Assembly: GCF_004010195.1 (NCBI RefSeq)
Contig: NC_057745.1
Location: 37,396,405-37,460,404 of the forward strand
Direction of reading: 5' to 3'
Length of the DNA: 64,000 bases
From: Chiloscyllium plagiosum
Taxonomy: Eukaryota
Shown here in pieces: positions 21,243-34,149 of this stretch (within the stretch, counting starts at the first letter, position 1; every line of letters starts with the position of its first letter). Under the pieces are notes generated by a model. The model ran no database searches. It was not told where the DNA came from and saw only the letters and a program-made list of their open reading frames with translations. Position numbers and translations under genes: made by a program.

Positions 21243-22895
21243 AGTGTTTACTATGGTGAAGGATATAGAAGATATAGAATGTGGGGAAATAGATGGTAAC
21301 ATCTTGAAAAATGTCCATATTACACAGGAGGAAGTGCTGGATGTCTTGAAACACATAAAAGTAGATAAATCCCCAGGACCTGATCATGTGTACCCTGTGG
21401 GAAGTTAGGGAAGTGATTACTGGGCCCCTTACTGAGATACCTATATCATCGATAGCACAGGTGAGGTACCAGAAGTCTGGAGGTTGGCGAACGTGGTGCC
21501 ACTATTTAAGAAAGGTGGTAAGGAAAAGCCAGGGAACTATAGAACGGTGAGCCTGACATTGATAGTGGGTAAGTTGTTGGAGGGATTCCTGAGGAACAGG
21601 ATGTACATGTATTTGGAAAGGCAAGGACTGATTAGGGATAGTCAACATGGTTTTGTGTGTGAGAAATCGTGTCTCAGAAACTTGATTGCATTTTTTGAAA
21701 AAGTAACAAAGAGGATTGATGAGAGCAGAACGGTGGACGTGAGCTATATGGACTTCAGTAAGGTGTTCGACAAGGTTTCCCTTGGGAGACTGGTTAGCAA
21801 GGTTAGATCTCAAGGAATACAGGGAGAACTCGCCATTTGGATACAGAACTGGCTCGAAGGTAGAAGACAGAGGGTGATGGTGAAGGATTGTTTTTCAGAC
21901 TGGAGGTCTGTGACCAGTGGTGTGCCAGAAGGATCAGTGCTGGTCCACTGCTTTTCGTCTTTTATATAAATGATTTGGATGCGAACATTGGGAGGAATAG
22001 TTAGTAAGTTGACACCAAAATTGGAGGTGTAGTGGACAGCAAAGAAGGTTACCTCAGATTACAATGTGATCTTGATGGGCTGAGGAATGATAGATGGAGT
22101 TCAACTTAGATAAACATCTGGTGCTGCATTTTGGGAAAGCAAATATTAGCAGGACTTATACACTTAATGGTAAGGTCCGAGGGAGTGTTGCTGAACAAAG
22201 AGACCTTGGGTGCAGGTTCATAGCTCCTTGAAAGTGGAGTCGCAGGTAGATAGGGTAGTGAAGAAAGCGTTTGTTATGCTTTCCTTCATTGGTCAAAGCA
22301 TTGAGTACAGGAGTTGGAAGGTCATGTTACAGCTGTGAAGGCCCCTTTTGGAATACTGTGTGCAACTCTGGTCTCCCTCCTATAGGATGTTGTGAAATTT
22401 GAAAGGGTTCAGAAAAGATTTACAAGGATGCTGCCAGGGTTCGAGGATTTGAGCTATAGGGAGAGGCTGAACAGGCTGGGGCTGTTTTCCCTGGAGCATC
22501 GGAGGCTGAGGGGTGACCTTATATAGGTTTATAAAATCATGAGGGGCGTGGATAGGGTGAATAGGCAAAGTCTTTTCCATGGGGTGGGGAAGTCCAGAAC
22601 TAGAGGGCATAGGTTTAGGGTGAGAGGGGAAAGATTTAAAAGAGATTATTTGGGGCAACTTTTTCATGCAGAGGGTGGTATGTGTATGCAATGAGCTGCC
22701 AGAGGAAGCGTTGGAAGCTGGTACAATTCCAACATTTAAAAGGCATCTGGATGGGTATATGAATAGAAAGCGTTTAGATGAATATGGGCCAAATGCTGGC
22801 AAATGGGACTAGATTTATTTAGGATATCTGGTTGGCATGGACAAGTTGGACCGGAGTCCATTTCTGCGCTGTACGTCTCTGTGAGTCCATGACTC
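21243..22895 (+). mobile_element. CR1 LINE ORF2 3' portion
   Basis: ANVVPLFKKGGKEKPGNYR...QHGFV...YMDFSKVFDKV...VTSGVPEGSVL. Same family as 19575-20505. Confidence 0.92.
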
Positions 22896-23672
22896 TAACT
22901 GGTCTGAGTGATACTAGAAATGTTTTGAGTTACCGTTTGAGCACAATGCCAGCCCTTGTCATCAGGCAAAACAAACCATAATAACTCGTGGGAACTGAGG
23001 GTGCTCGGAATGTTACCATGTTTACAATGTGCTGGCTTACTGCACAAATTGCATGTAACAGCTCTTTGCAATTCTTCCCCCTTGGACCCATATTTGAAAA
23101 TTGAAAATTGCTGCAACCCCTTAAATAAGAACAGTGAGGGGAGGCAGAAGGAGATCTGGAAGAGCAGTTGGTAGGTGGGAGTCATCGGTTATAGCAGGAG
23201 CATAGTTGGTACTTTTTATTCATTTTACTTTTATTCATTTTACTTTTTATTAATTTCTTTTTATTCGTTTGTATTCATTCATGGGATGAGGGTGTTGCTG
23301 GCCAGGCCAGGATTTATGGCCCATCCCTAATTGCCCAGAGGGCAGTTAAGTGTCAGCCACATTACTGTGGGTCTGGATTTAGGCCAGACCAGGTAAGATT
23401 GGGAGTTTCCTTCCCTAAAGGACATCAGTGAACCAGATAAGTTTTATGGCAACCCACAGTGGTTAAATTATCACCAACTGAAGTAATGAATCTGGAGTTG
23501 AAAACTAGACTCAACCGTTGATTGTGACTCCAGACTCAGTAAAGTGGTTGTCCCTTAAATGGCTTTTTGTAAACCTTCCATTTCAAAGGCAATATGCACA
23601 TCTTGTGAAAGAATAAAAGAAAACAATTACACCCGGGGACCCGCCAACCAAATAACCACCATCCCCCAGGGC

Positions 23673-23801
23673 TTAAATCTCCAGAGGATTGAGTCCAAAT
23701 TCCAGCAGTTTTTGCTTCTGTTCAGAATGGAAACTCGTTGCTGTCTTTTCCCAGTGGAGTCTGGCTGCTTCCATCTTGTTCAGCAGCAGGTCCAGGCTCT
23801 C
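23673..23801 (-). CDS. CCDC153: CCDC153 (DRC12) last coding exon
   Basis: aatacag|GAG phase 0. Reads ESLDLLLNKMEAARLHWEKTATSFHSEQKQKLLEFGLNPLEI*, matching human [37 protein letters not shown]. Confidence 0.9.
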   Translation of the reverse strand, partial: ESLDLLLNKMEAARLHWEKTATSFHSEQKQKLLEFGLNPLEI

Positions 23802-25106
23802 CTGTATTGTGGAGGGCAGGCAAAAGACAGACAGACAGACAGAGAGAGGGGTCAGTGTGTCTCAGTGTTCACAAAGCCCCAGCCTGATACCGCATGAAAG
23901 GATCCCATTCAATCACCTAGGCGTTTGGTTGCGGTTTTATGAGTTAACAGGGGGAGCAGAGGAAGGATCTCTGAGAGATCTCAGAGTTCCAAAATGGCAA
24001 GGAGAAGTCCGGATGTATATTGGAGAATTATAATTTTACACAGTGTTACGTTTTGATCTAGAACACACTACCCGAAAGGATTTAAGAAGTAGATTCAACA
24101 CTAACTTTCAAAAGGGAGTTGACCAAATACTCACCTTTTCAAGGCCAATACTAACTTTCCCAGCGATACCTAAAATCCACGGACAAACAAAGGCAAAATC
24201 TCAGGACTGACAAGCCAGAGGAGGGAATGTGGGATTAATTGTCTGATTTACTCATCCCTCTCTTGAAGTACCTGCCAGACATGTCTGGGCGAATTGGCTT
24301 GTTTTCAGTTTGGGGTTCTGATGTCAGTGAGATGGATCTTGAATACGGCATGTAGAGATAGCAAGAAGTAGGAAGAGTTTACAACACAGGGAATTGTGTT
24401 CAGGAGGAGTCTGGGAAAAGCTCACTGAACAACTCTCAAGCTGCTTTATTATTTAGATTAATAAATTCTTGATCTTGCAAGGAATCAAGAGCTACGGGGA
24501 GAGTGGGGGCGTGGAGTTGAAATGCCCATCAGCTGTGATGGAATGGAGGAGTGGACTCGATGGGCCTAATGGCCTTACTTCCACTCCTATGTCTTATGGT
24601 CATATATTCAACTCCTTCAGTAATTTCTGGATAGAGGGCTTAAAATTATGAAAGTGTTAGTTAGGATAAAGAGAAGATGTTTCTAATATGAAGGGGTGCA
24701 AAACTAGGCCATAAATATCAGATAGTGACTGATTAATCCAATTGAGAATTTTATGCATAAAGTGTAGGACACGCTGTCACAGGGAGTAAGATGAGGTTAA
24801 ATAGTAAATTTAAAGAGAAGTTAGATAGAGACAAGAGGGAGAAGGAGAAACTGATAGGGTGAGATGAAGAAGGGAAGTGAGGAGAGTCTACATGTGGATT
24901 GTAAATACTAGCATAGACCAAGTGGGCCGAACGGCTTGTTTCTGTGTTGTACTTTGCCCCCTAGCTGTCCCATACATTGAACTACTAAACCCGGATGTGT
25001 CTGAGTTTAGTTAGAGATACAGAAAAAATTGGAATGACACAGTCAGAATTCACTTTTCAGGTGCTTGGGGCATCCCAACAATGAAATTCTTTAGAAATGT
25101 CATTAT

Positions 25107-27108
25107 GGAGATCCAAGATGGCGGTGACTCAGCAAGTCTGAGTCTATAGTGCTCCTCCCAAGACCTAGGCAAAGTGGGCCATCCTCCCCCACCACACTCA
25201 CCAAATCAACTAAAAATAATTTTTATTTAATGGTAATTAGTGGTTCAGTACTAAATTTATACAGTTCCATCTCCTGTAAAAATGACTAGGGGGAAAAGAG
25301 CCTGCAGTTCTCAGCAAGCAGGACCCCCTCCCTCACCCTCCCCAGCTGCAGCAGAGGCGTCCGCAGCCGCCCCGGGGACTTACCTACAGTGGCGAGCCTC
25401 ACGGAAATAATCTCCAAACTCGACGCAAAGATCGATGCTTTCATAGAAGAGTCCCGAAGTCGGTGGAATTCATTCTCGACCGCGCTACAAAAGCACAGCC
25501 GCGACAGCGAAGAAATCGAATGCCAAGTCGGAGGGGTGGAGCTAAAGGCCGCGACCTCCGAGGCCGTTGCAGAATCAGCCGTGGATCGGGTTCGGACCCT
25601 CAGCAGCAAGTCCGGACCTTAGAGAACCACATTGACGACCTCGAGAATCAAGGTTGTCAAAAAATATTCGTTTGCTGGGCCTTCCCAAACGGGAAGAAGA
25701 AGGTGGCCAGCTTACAAGGTTCCTTGAACAGTGGCTTCTGCAGTTATTGAATCTGGAGGCTGGATCAGGCCGGGTAAGGGTAGAATGGGCCTACCGGGTT
25801 GCAATACACGGGCCCAGCTCAAACCAGCGCCCCCGTCCGGTCCAGTTCCGGTTGCAGAGCTATAAGGTGAGGCAGATGCTCTTGGAAGCCTCCAGAAATC
25901 TTGGGAAAGATCCACAAGCTATGGCTCATAAAGGATCCAAGATTATGTTATTTCAGGACTTTTCCACAGCTTTGGTTCGAAAGAGGAAGGCGTTTGATGA
26001 AGCAAAGAAGTGTTTAAGGGATTTAAACATTCAATACTCCTTGCACTACACAGCTATACTACGCTTTAGCCATGAAGGGTCCGTGTTTAACTTTGGATCA
26101 CCGGAGAAGGCCAAGGAACTTTTGGACACTCTTAGACAAATTATAAGAGTTAATTGATGTTGTTTTACCCTACCCCCACCCTGGTCAACCCCCCCTTTTT
26201 TTCCTTTCATTATCTTACTGTTTAATATTATCTCCGGGGGGTGGGAAGAAGGACTTATTTATTCATCCTTTACTTAGCGATTTCCTTTCCCCCTTTTTTT
26301 AAATATAGGCCAAGGAGTCTAGTTTATGTAGATGGGGGGAAGGTGGTTACCTTATCTTATTTTATCTTTGTCCTTGGGAGCGGGGTTGTTTTCCCCTGTT
26401 ATTTTGTATTAATATATTTAATTATTATTTGCTGAGACTGTAATTTTATAGTCATATATGTTCATATACGGTATTAACTTTACCAAATATATCCAGGTGT
26501 TGGTGTGGGTGGAGGATAGGGTAGTCACTGTTAGTTCTAGTTCAGTAGTATACTTGAATTTTCTTTATCCTATCGTGGGGTGCCTGGGTCAAGGGTGGAG
26601 CACTGGTTGGGAGAGGTTATGATGGGTTTTTTGGAAAGGAAGTGATGCCCCTGGGAATAAGGGGGAAGATCTCCATTTAAATAAGTTTTATTTTTCTTTA
26701 CTATTTAGAAATTTTTTTTATTATATTGATCTGAATGTACTAAAGAGCTTTTATTTTTGTAAATTTTATGTGCTCTATGCTCGGGATGTTTTGGATAAAT
26801 ACGGGTTTTGTTGTGATCTGATGTTAACACATTCCGAGCATGTATATCACTGCTCAATTTATGTGTTATCTGTTGGATTTTTTTTCTCTCTTGAATAATG
26901 TAAGAATTTTAATGATACACTCTGGTTAGTTGTAAGTTAGATGAGTAGTTAGTTGAGTTTTGTCTTTTTTTTTCTCTTGTTTTTTTTTCTTGTTTGATAG
27001 ATTTTGGTTATGATTTATTTAAGATTTAACTGTATATCAGTGTTTATACTTGGGTCTTTTTTTTAGTTTTCTTTTGTAAACTTGTGGAAAAAAAATTTAA
27101 AAAAAGAA
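25107..27108 (+). mobile_element. ORF1-only L1-derived retroelement (HAL1-like), with 5' end, A-tail and 14-bp TSD
   Basis: TSD agaaatgtcattat at 25093-25106 and 27109-27122. 5' end ggagatccaagatggcgg. Frameshifted L1 ORF1p (LENHIDDLEN...KNIRLLGLP...RPRPVQFRL...FQDFSTALVRKRKAF...). T-rich 3' region and A-tail; no ORF2 recognisable. Confidence 0.85.
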
Positions 27109-27488
27109 AGAAATGTCATTATTTGTAATGATGTGAATTCAGCTGGCAACTTGCACACAGCAGTACCCCAAAAGCAGCAGTGGCCAGATTAATTGAGAGG
27201 TGAATACTGGCTCAGACACCAGGGAGAAACTCCCAGGCCACATTTTTTGAAATGGTGTTGTGGCACGTTTCATGTCTGACTGAGAGGTTTCATGACCTTG
27301 AGCTGACAGCAGTTCAGAAAGACAGCAGCTTTTAACAAAGCTGTCCTCTGAAATGGACAACAGCCAATCAGTTCAGGGATAGGTCTTGCCAGCACTGCTT
27401 ACATCCTGTGGAAGAATTAAAAATACTAACTCAGATATGTATCCCTACGACACAGGTGTGTTTATCACTTCCTGACATGGCTACTTAC

Positions 27489-27619
27489 ATGGAGGATGGC
27501 CTCATACTCAGTCTCCATGTTGTCTATCTTGCTCTGGAGTTCTTTGATGGTGGAATCCTTCTCCTTGATGATGTGCAACTTCTCCTCCTGAGTCCTTGCT
27601 AATTGCTGCTGACATGATG
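27489..27619 (-). CDS. CCDC153: CCDC153 coding exon 5
   Basis: cttttcag| ... |gtaagt, 131 nt. Reads SCQQQLARTQEEKLHIIKEKDSTIKELQSKIDNMETEYEAILH (human ...MADMEAKYEEILH). Confidence 0.92.
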
Positions 27620-27745
27620 CTGAAAAGAAAATAAGTGACTGAATTAGTTCAGGAAATCTTCACTTTCACGGTTCCCCCTTCTCTCATTAAACCAAAATTG
27701 TAACAAAGTTCCATGGTACAATCAGCGTTACAAACTCCAGGACAA

Positions 27746-27870
27746 CCCAACACATTCCCAGCACAATCCCAACATATTCCCAGCACAACCCTAATACATT
27801 CCCAGCATAATCCCAAGACAGATCCAGCACAGTCCCAATCCAATCCCAACACAGTCCTAGCAGGGTCCTA
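27746..27870. repeat. Degenerate ~11-bp tandem repeat (cccagcacaat-like)
   Basis: cccaacacatt cccagcacaat cccaacatatt cccagcacaac... Confidence 0.7.
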
Positions 27871-28113
27871 GTGGATTTAGTTAAAAGTCACACAACACCA
27901 GAGGCATCTCCATACCAGTGGATTTAGTGTGATCAGGTTAGGCTGATTTTCAGTAATTTAGTTTTGGACAAACATTAATTTGGCCACAAACGCTAAACAT
28001 ACAGTCAAGTTACACACACACATACACTACAGATAGTCACACATACACAAACAGACAGGTACACATATACTTCCAATGCTGACACTGCTCTGTGTGGTGT
28101 TCATAGCACTCAC

Positions 28114-28206
28114 TGAGTTGTTGCTGCAGGTGACTGATCTCAATCTCCAGCTGATGTACTCTCAGTTCCATGTCTGCCCTCATTGTCTTGTACTGACGAG
28201 TCATGT
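28114..28206 (-). CDS. CCDC153: CCDC153 coding exon 4
   Basis: cattccag| ... |gtgagt, 93 nt. Reads DMTRQYKTMRADMELRVHQLEIEISHLQQQL (human [24 protein letters not shown]). Confidence 0.92.
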
Positions 28207-29386
28207 CTGGAATGAAGAGAGATGAAGATGACTGCAGTGGTGTAGGGACTGTTTACAACATTCACTTCAAACTTGATCATTTGTGCTCCCTCTCAGTAGC
28301 AATCAGCTCTGTTTGGGGAGCTTGCTGTGGTGACCGTGTCTTGTGCTGCTGCAGCTGTATCAATGGTTTGTGTTTCACCCACATGTTCAAACCTGCCTTA
28401 TCTGATTTCATAGCCAAGATACAGTGAAAAGTATTGTTTTGCTGCTAACCAGACAAATCTTACCTAACATAAGTCCATCAGGGAAATAGAACAGAATGCA
28501 GAATAGAGTGTTACAGAGAAGGTGCAGAGAAAGATCAATTCTAATACATGAGAGGTCTATTCATAAATCTGATAACAGCATGGAAGAATGTGTTGGTATG
28601 TGTTTTCAAAATTTTGTACCTTCTGCCCAATGGAAAAGTGTGGGAGGGGTCCTTGATTATGTTGGCCGCTTTCCCAAGGCAGCAGGAAGTGTAGATGGAG
28701 TTTACGGAAGGAAGGCTGGTTTTCATAATGGACATTTGAGGGATCCAATGCTCTCTAGGGCACTGGGCTTTTATGCTGTGTGCTCAGAGCCTGTGTGGTC
28801 TTGATGGACTCCTGATGCTGAGACACTTCTCCAGCTTGTTTGCTCTCTCACCCTCATAACTCTCTATGTACACTCAGAATGTCGTCATACCAAATTTATT
28901 TCACTCTGCTAACCCTAACCGTAACTCCTCCTCTGCTCTAGTCTCGATCGCACATTTCTGACTCTCTGTTGTGTCCTGGAACAGACATCTCTCTGAATGG
29001 TATTCAGGCGCAGCTTTTGATCGGAAATAATCGGTGACAATATTATTTAGCCCAAAATGGGCTGGTCCAGGTGAGGAGAAGACAGCTGAGGCTGCAGCTG
29101 GCCGTCCCTGTAATTAAACCTGGTTTTATCAAACCCTCACCCAATCACAACAACATCTTTGAAATTCTCAGAGGAACTAATCACTAACCTTGAAACTCTG
29201 GAATATGTGAGGGGCTTGGACATCCCTTACCAGCTCTGATCCTCTCACTTTGCACAGACCAGGTCAGGCCCCAGGAAGGTCAGTTTGTGACAGACTTGTT
29301 TCCTTGATATTCTCAGTGGAGTCCCTGCCTCACTCTGCATCATGGGCAGATGCTAGATTCTGTTTCCATTTATGTCTTACACTTAC

Positions 29387-29506
29387 CGGAGTGGATTGCC
29401 TTCTTAACGTCTTGTTCCTCAGCCAAATCATTCTTGAGAAGTTGCAACTTTGCCTTCCACTCTTCTTTAACCATCAAAGCCTGTCTTGCAATATCTTTCC
29501 GCAAAA
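29387..29506 (-). CDS. CCDC153: CCDC153 coding exon 3
   Basis: taccag| ... |gtaagt, 120 nt. Reads VLRKDIARQALMVKEEWKAKLQLLKNDLAEEQDVKKAIHS. Confidence 0.92.
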
Positions 29507-29634
29507 CTGGTAATGAAGGATCAAACATTCACACAGTGCCTTTAATCCAACTCTCAGTTTATGCTCATCAAATAAGAAATACTAGAAAATAGTTTATTTT
29601 GCCACTTTCAGTTCCTGGTGTTGGCATTCTTGGG

Positions 29635-30135
29635 CAGGGACAGCACAAGGTTAGATACAGAGTAAAACTCCATCGATACCATCCCCATCAAGCACTCTAT
29701 GGAAAGAATAGCATGGGGTTACATACAAAGTAAAACCCCATTTACTCTTTAAAAGTTAAAATAAAGTTCCCTTGACACTGCCTCCATCAAATATTCCCAG
29801 TTACTGTAGAGGGTTAGATATAAAGTAAAGTTTCCTCTACCCTTTTAAACTGAATGTAAATCTCTCTGTGCTCTTTTAAATTGAAGGTAAGGCTCCATTT
29901 TTTTTACAACTGAAAGTAAACAGGAGGTAGAGCCCCCTCGACACCACCTCCATCACACACGCCTAGGACAGGACAATACCGGGCCACATAAAGAGCAAAG
30001 CTCCCAGCACGGTTTTAAACTGAATATAAACTGAAAGTAAAGCTCCCTCTACACTGTTCCCATCAAACACTCTAAAGACAAGTTCAACATGGAGTTAGAT
30101 ACAAAATAAAGCTACCTCTACACTGTCCCATCCAT
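29635..30135. repeat. Degenerate satellite-like array (gttagatacagagtaaagctccctctacactgtccccatcaaacactcc type)
   Basis: Recurrent gttagatac / gtaaagctccctctacact / ccatcaaacactc segments. Confidence 0.7.
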
Positions 30136-30459
30136 TCCAGTGCAACAAATCACATGTCAGCCATATGCAGAATGTAATGCTTAATAATTTGTACTGGAAG
30201 GTTATTCCTTGGCCATTAAGAGGAGAGTGGCCTGTCTTTAAAACCTAAACTTGACAAAACAGCTACTGAGTGTGGCTGCTGATGGTGACAGTGAGCTACA
30301 GAGAATTACGCAATTGTCAGTGATGGCAACAACAAGGCCTGTGTGAAATTCTTTACTCCAGCCAATCAACACGTCCAATCTATTAACTCTTCAGGTCCAC
30401 CAACTGAAATTAGTGTCCAACTTTATTTCAAATTCTGGATATAGAATGAATTCTCTTAC

Positions 30460-30525
30460 CCAACTGATCTTTGAGTGACTCAACTTGATGAACTGTTCTC
30501 TTGTATTTTTCCTCAACGCTGTCCC
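30460..30525 (-). CDS. CCDC153: CCDC153 coding exon 2
   Basis: attatag| ... |gtaaga, 66 nt, phase 1-1. Reads GDSVEEKYKRTVHQVESLKDQL. Confidence 0.9.
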
Positions 30526-31574
30526 CTATAATATGTGAAACAGTGAGAGAGGCACACAAGAGATGTCAGGAATCAGGAGAGTGAGAGAGAACAGGGAGAG
30601 AACAACATACAAACAAAAACAAAATTGCTAGATTTCCTATCATTACATAAAATTCCAAATCATGTGCAAATCAGAAATTGGTTTGTTTTGAGATTCTCTT
30701 GTCTGTGGCAGCTAGAGATCATAACATGGAATGATTACTGAATTGGCTCATTTCCCCAGGGAATAATTACACAGTATCAATAGCTTTGAAACTAGCCTTT
30801 CAGGGAAGTATGGAGTGAAGATAACATCAAATCTGATGCTTCTGTGATGGAGTAGAAAGTCTGGCTGGAAAAATATCCTCACCAGCCCTGGGGCACACTG
30901 ACTTCAATCAGGAGTGACAGAAGACAAAGTTAAAACTATTCCTTTAATGGATCAACATATGATTTGGGAGCTGGATAGAGGCTGCTTAACCATTCAGTCA
31001 GATCATAGCTGATCTAATTGCAGTTACAAATTCATTGATGGTCATTTCACACCCTCATCAATCTATCTCACTCAGTCTAAAAAATATTCAACGACCCAGC
31101 TTCTACTGCTTTCTGGAGAAGAAAATTCCACAGACGAATAACCCTTTGACAGAAAAAGAATTACTTCATTTCTATCATAAGTGGGAGATGCTTTATTTTT
31201 AAAGCATCTATTTCTAGTTCTAGACCCTAGGAGATGTACATCCTTTGTGCATCTACCCTGTCAAGTCCCCTCAGGATCCTACATGTTTCAATAAGCTCAC
31301 CTCTCAATCTTCTGATACAGGCCCAACTATTGCTTATAGAACCCTTACATGACTGGTATCAGTCAAGGCTAGCTACTCTGAACTGCTTCCATGATAATAT
31401 TGCTCTTCCTAAACCAAGAGATCTAAACCATACACAGAACTCCGGATCTGGTCTCACCAATACCCTGTACAACTGAAGTAAAACATTTATATTCCATTAT
31501 CCATGCAATAATAAAAAAGAACTGAGGTACTCTGAACAGGTTAAACACTAAACAGGACAAAAGACCCAAACAAC

Positions 31575-31775
31575 TACAGACGCTGGAAATCAGAAACAAA
31601 AACAGAAATTGCTGGAAAAACTCAGTAGGTCAGACGGCATCTGTGGAGAGAAAGCAGAGTTAACTTTTTGGGTCCAGTGAGTGAAGAAGGGTCACTGGAC
31701 CTGAAATGTTGACTCTGCTTTCTCTCCACAGATGTTGCCAGACCTGCTGAGTTTTTCCTGCATTTTCAGTTTTTC
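31575..31775. mobile_element. Fold-back Penelope-terminus-derived element
   Basis: gaaaaactcagtaggtcagacggcatctgtggagagaaagcagag is inverted against ctctgctttctctccacagatgttgccagacctgctgagtttttc. Confidence 0.8.
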
Positions 31776-32656
31776 TTTACTCTGACTGGGTTTTTGTTTC
31801 ACATCATTTATTGCCTTCTTGTGTATTTTAGAACATATTTGTCAGGCTTGGTTGAAAATGAATCTTGCACAACATAAAAAAAAATAATGTAGTTTCTCCC
31901 TAAAACTACATGGGACACACGTCTCAAAATTTAAATAATTTAAAGGTTTTCTTGTGCAGTAAGCAGGTGGTCATTCCGTCAGCCTGTTTGAACAGTGTGA
32001 TCGGTGCCCCAGTTTGAAGCAATGGTGGAGGGGGAATAGTGAGCCCAGGTTCCTGCTGGATTCGATGATGGATATCAGATTATATGAATCTTGGGACATA
32101 GTAATGCAGCTCACACAAAGAGCATGGCTACTGTTGATTTAAGTCAGTCATTTGTTGTGCTAAAATTGTTGAGATTAAACTAACTGACATCTTCTGCCAG
32201 TGCAACTCCTCCTGCCTGTGCTCCGAGCCCCCACCGAAATCTCTGCTTCTCATGTTTGGTGGTGCTGTGATAAAATTGGATGAGTATTGATGGAAAGGTA
32301 CATCAGGTTCATGTACATGGTCCTGAACTGGTGAACCAGAGTGGATCACAAAGGCTCAGGCAGGAAGTGACCAGCTGCATCATTGAGCTTGGCCACATGA
32401 TGCGTATAAACTCCACAACTGACCCCTTTTCACATCCGTCCCTCCCTCACCCTGAGATGTTATATGATCTGCCAGTGAAGCAAAACAACAGAAATGAAAC
32501 CCTGGCCATAAAAGAAATAATAATTTAAGCTTTCACTCCAAACTCCTCAAATAATCCGAGATCAATGCTGATCTCACACTGTGGAGCATTACACTGGAAT
32601 GTACTTGTGACAAAATACCAACTGAGATGTTGCTATTTATTCTGCTCTTCACTCAC

Positions 32657-32708
32657 CTTCTGTTCCTTTTTTCATTTTCTTTGTCTTTCCCTTATTCTTA
32701 GGTGGCAT
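32657..32708 (-). CDS. CCDC153: CCDC153 first coding exon (exon 32657-32728 including 5' UTR)
   Basis: ctttgcag acceptor, ATG at 32708, MPPKNKGKTKKMKKGTE|gtgagt (human MPPKNKEKGKKSG). The six exons total 591 nt, giving 196 aa plus stop in frame. Confidence 0.93.
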
Positions 32709-32869
32709 TTTCCTCAAATATCCTAAACCTGCAAAGAAGCAAATAAACACGTTCCTGTGAAGGAGGAGGCTGCAACTGGTTGTTACATCTGCCAATATTG
32801 ACACTATTGCTAACATTTGCAAATTCTCAGGCAGGAGAGTTCAAGTCCAGAGATCCATCGCAGAGATTG

Positions 32870-33310
32870 CTGCATAAAATCTTGTCCAGCAATACAGAGC
32901 AGTATGGATGTAGTGACACACAAGGTTAATACTGAGGGACTGCCACACTGTTGGAGGATCAGTGCTGAGGGAATGCTGTATTGTCAGAGGGTCAGTGTTG
33001 AGGGAATGCCGCATTTCAGAGAGTCAGCACTGAGGGAGTGCTGCACTGTTGCAGGGTCAGTACTGAGGGACTGTCGCACTGTTGGTTTTGTCATTCAGAT
33101 GAGACTCTAATCAAGGCCCTTCTTGTTCTTTCCAGAGAATATAAAGATCCCATTACTTTATTTTGAAAAGTGGATTGGGAAGAATGATTTCTGCCAGCGT
33201 TCAGGCCCATATCTGGTAATATCACAAAAACATATTATCTGGACTAATGACATTATTGTTTATGGGAGCTTGATGTGTGTAAATTGGCTGCTTTGTGACT
33301 ACATTACACA
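32870..33310 (+). mobile_element. Deu-domain SINE with internal 30-bp tandem expansion
   Basis: ~5 units of tcagtgctgagggagtgctgcactgttgga followed by tcagatgagactctaatcaagg (Deu-like). Confidence 0.65.
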
Positions 33311-34149
33311 ATCACAGAATTGCTGCAATGCAGTAAGATTCAATGTGGCTCATAATGTTCACACTGGCTATCTGAATGTGTAAATCACCCAGTGCCATTC
33401 TCCTACCTTCCCTCTGTCATCCTGCACGTGGAACCTTTGACAATTTTGAACCTACTTCTACCATACCTTTGAGCAACTCCATTCCCTGTGTGATAAAACT
33501 TTTCCTTGTTTGCTTTTATTTGTTACACAAATTACTTTAAATTTGTGCCCACTTGAACCTTTCATTAATTAAAACATATTCTCTCTGTTTACTCTGTCCA
33601 GGTTACTCATGAATTTGAATATTTCAATAAAATCTCTTCTCTGCTTTCTCCTCTCCAAGAACAACAGTCTCAACTCGAATTTAACTTCATAAGTGATCTT
33701 AAGAATGACTTCAAAAAGTACTTATTATGCTGATTGTAAATCACGATTGCGTGTTTTGAGACATGCATATGCCTCTCTCCCACCCCGCCAGGATTGGGAA
33801 AATGATGGTGTCTATTGTAAAGGATGTAAAGAATGTGCCGGTTGCTGGCTGGGCCAGCATTTATTGCCATCCCTAATTGCTCTTGCGGTGCCTGCATGAA
33901 CCGCTGCAGTCTATTTTCTGTAGAGGCACCCACAATGTTGTTAGGGAGAGAGTTTCAGGATTTTGACCCAGCAACAAGCTCTTTCCTCTACGGTGCATGG
34001 AGAAGACCTGACATGTTTTGTTCTCCCCCTCAAGCTCAAATACATGATTGACCTAAATGCTTATGTTTCTAATCAGGCCGTGACTAACAGAGAATGGGAT
34101 TCAACCAAAATTCTCTAAGTCAGTCTGGGTGATCTTCGAATGTCCCTCA

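Noticed and set aside
1-23600. PDZD3/NHERF4 or NLRX1 exons expected from human synteny
   Set aside because: No PDZ, NACHT or LRR exons were recognised in the window.
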